Virus record (IMG/VR): IMGVR_UViG_2534681941_000049 | Location: 1 to 5,560 of that record | Strand: one strand, 5' to 3' | DNA length: 5,560 nt | DNA from: a virus | Taxonomy: Duplodnaviria > Heunggongvirae > Uroviricota > Caudoviricetes | Shown: positions 5,369 through 5,560 of the stretch, one piece after another | How positions within the stretch are numbered: position 1 is the first letter of the stretch | Layout of the letters: every line of letters begins with the position of its first letter | Translations under genes and position numbers: made by a program | Notes under the pieces: generated by a model | Seen by the model: the letters and a program-made list of their open reading frames with translations, nothing else | The model's database searches: none | What the model was told of the DNA's origin: nothing

Positions 5369-5560
5369 ATGACCGATACCAGCCTGATTCCTGAGAAAGA
5401 AGTGATGAACAAGCTCGGTGTTTCATCACGTCAGACAATCTGGAACTATACCAAACGGCACGGATTTCCGAAGCCAGTCAGAACCCACCCCAAATCATAC
5501 CTTCGTGAAGCTGTTGAAGGGTGGATTCTTAACGGTGGCGTTAATCAGAAATGCTCCTGA
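5369..5560 (+). CDS. alpA: AlpA-family (Phage_AlpA / excisionase-like HTH) transcriptional regulator, 63 aa
   Basis: ATG at 5369 with GGAGA (5358-5362) 6 nt upstream; stop TGA at 5558-5560 at the window end. Sequence LIPEKEVMNKLGVSSRQTIWNYTKRHGFPKPVRTHPKSYLREAVEGWI has the AlpA-family signature (…L…R.TIY…K.G.FPKPV…G…W…EV..WI). Confidence 0.85.
   Translation: MTDTSLIPEKEVMNKLGVSSRQTIWNYTKRHGFPKPVRTHPKSYLREAVEGWILNGGVNQKCS

Noticed and set aside
1-5560. CRISPR array, tRNA/rRNA, IS element or transposase
   Set aside because: No regularly spaced identical repeats with unique spacers, no cloverleaf-like tRNA candidate, and no transposase-like ORF or terminal inverted repeats were seen. The only repeats are the iteron-like ones inside the initiator gene.

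Overview
All well-supported genes in this 5.56-kb window lie on the + strand and read as the early/replication region of a lambdoid (Rac-like) enterobacterial prophage, followed by a run of small accessory genes. Family assignments below are from motif recollection only; no database search was run. In order: (i) the 3' end of an upstream gene (1..114); (ii) a YdaT-family (CII-like) protein (98..649); (iii) a replication initiator with an N-terminal HTH domain and a C-terminal DnaT-like domain (621..1661), whose inter-domain linker carries iteron-like direct repeats, a likely embedded origin as in lambda O; (iv) a lambda P-like helicase loader (1450..2115) whose reading frame overlaps the initiator gene by about 212 nt; (v) three consecutive putative DNA-binding proteins (2150..3744); (vi) a more AT-rich block of small genes of unknown function (3793..5291), including an acidic 70-aa protein, a DUF551-like protein, a 29-aa strongly hydrophobic peptide ORF (4756..4845) that is below the ORF-track cutoff, and a 114-aa gene bracketed by intrinsic terminators; (vii) an AlpA-family HTH regulator (5369..5560). 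No rRNA, tRNA, CRISPR array or transposase/IS was seen. The most likely place for anything undescribed is the accessory block 3793..5291, but I cannot assign it a function from sequence alone.
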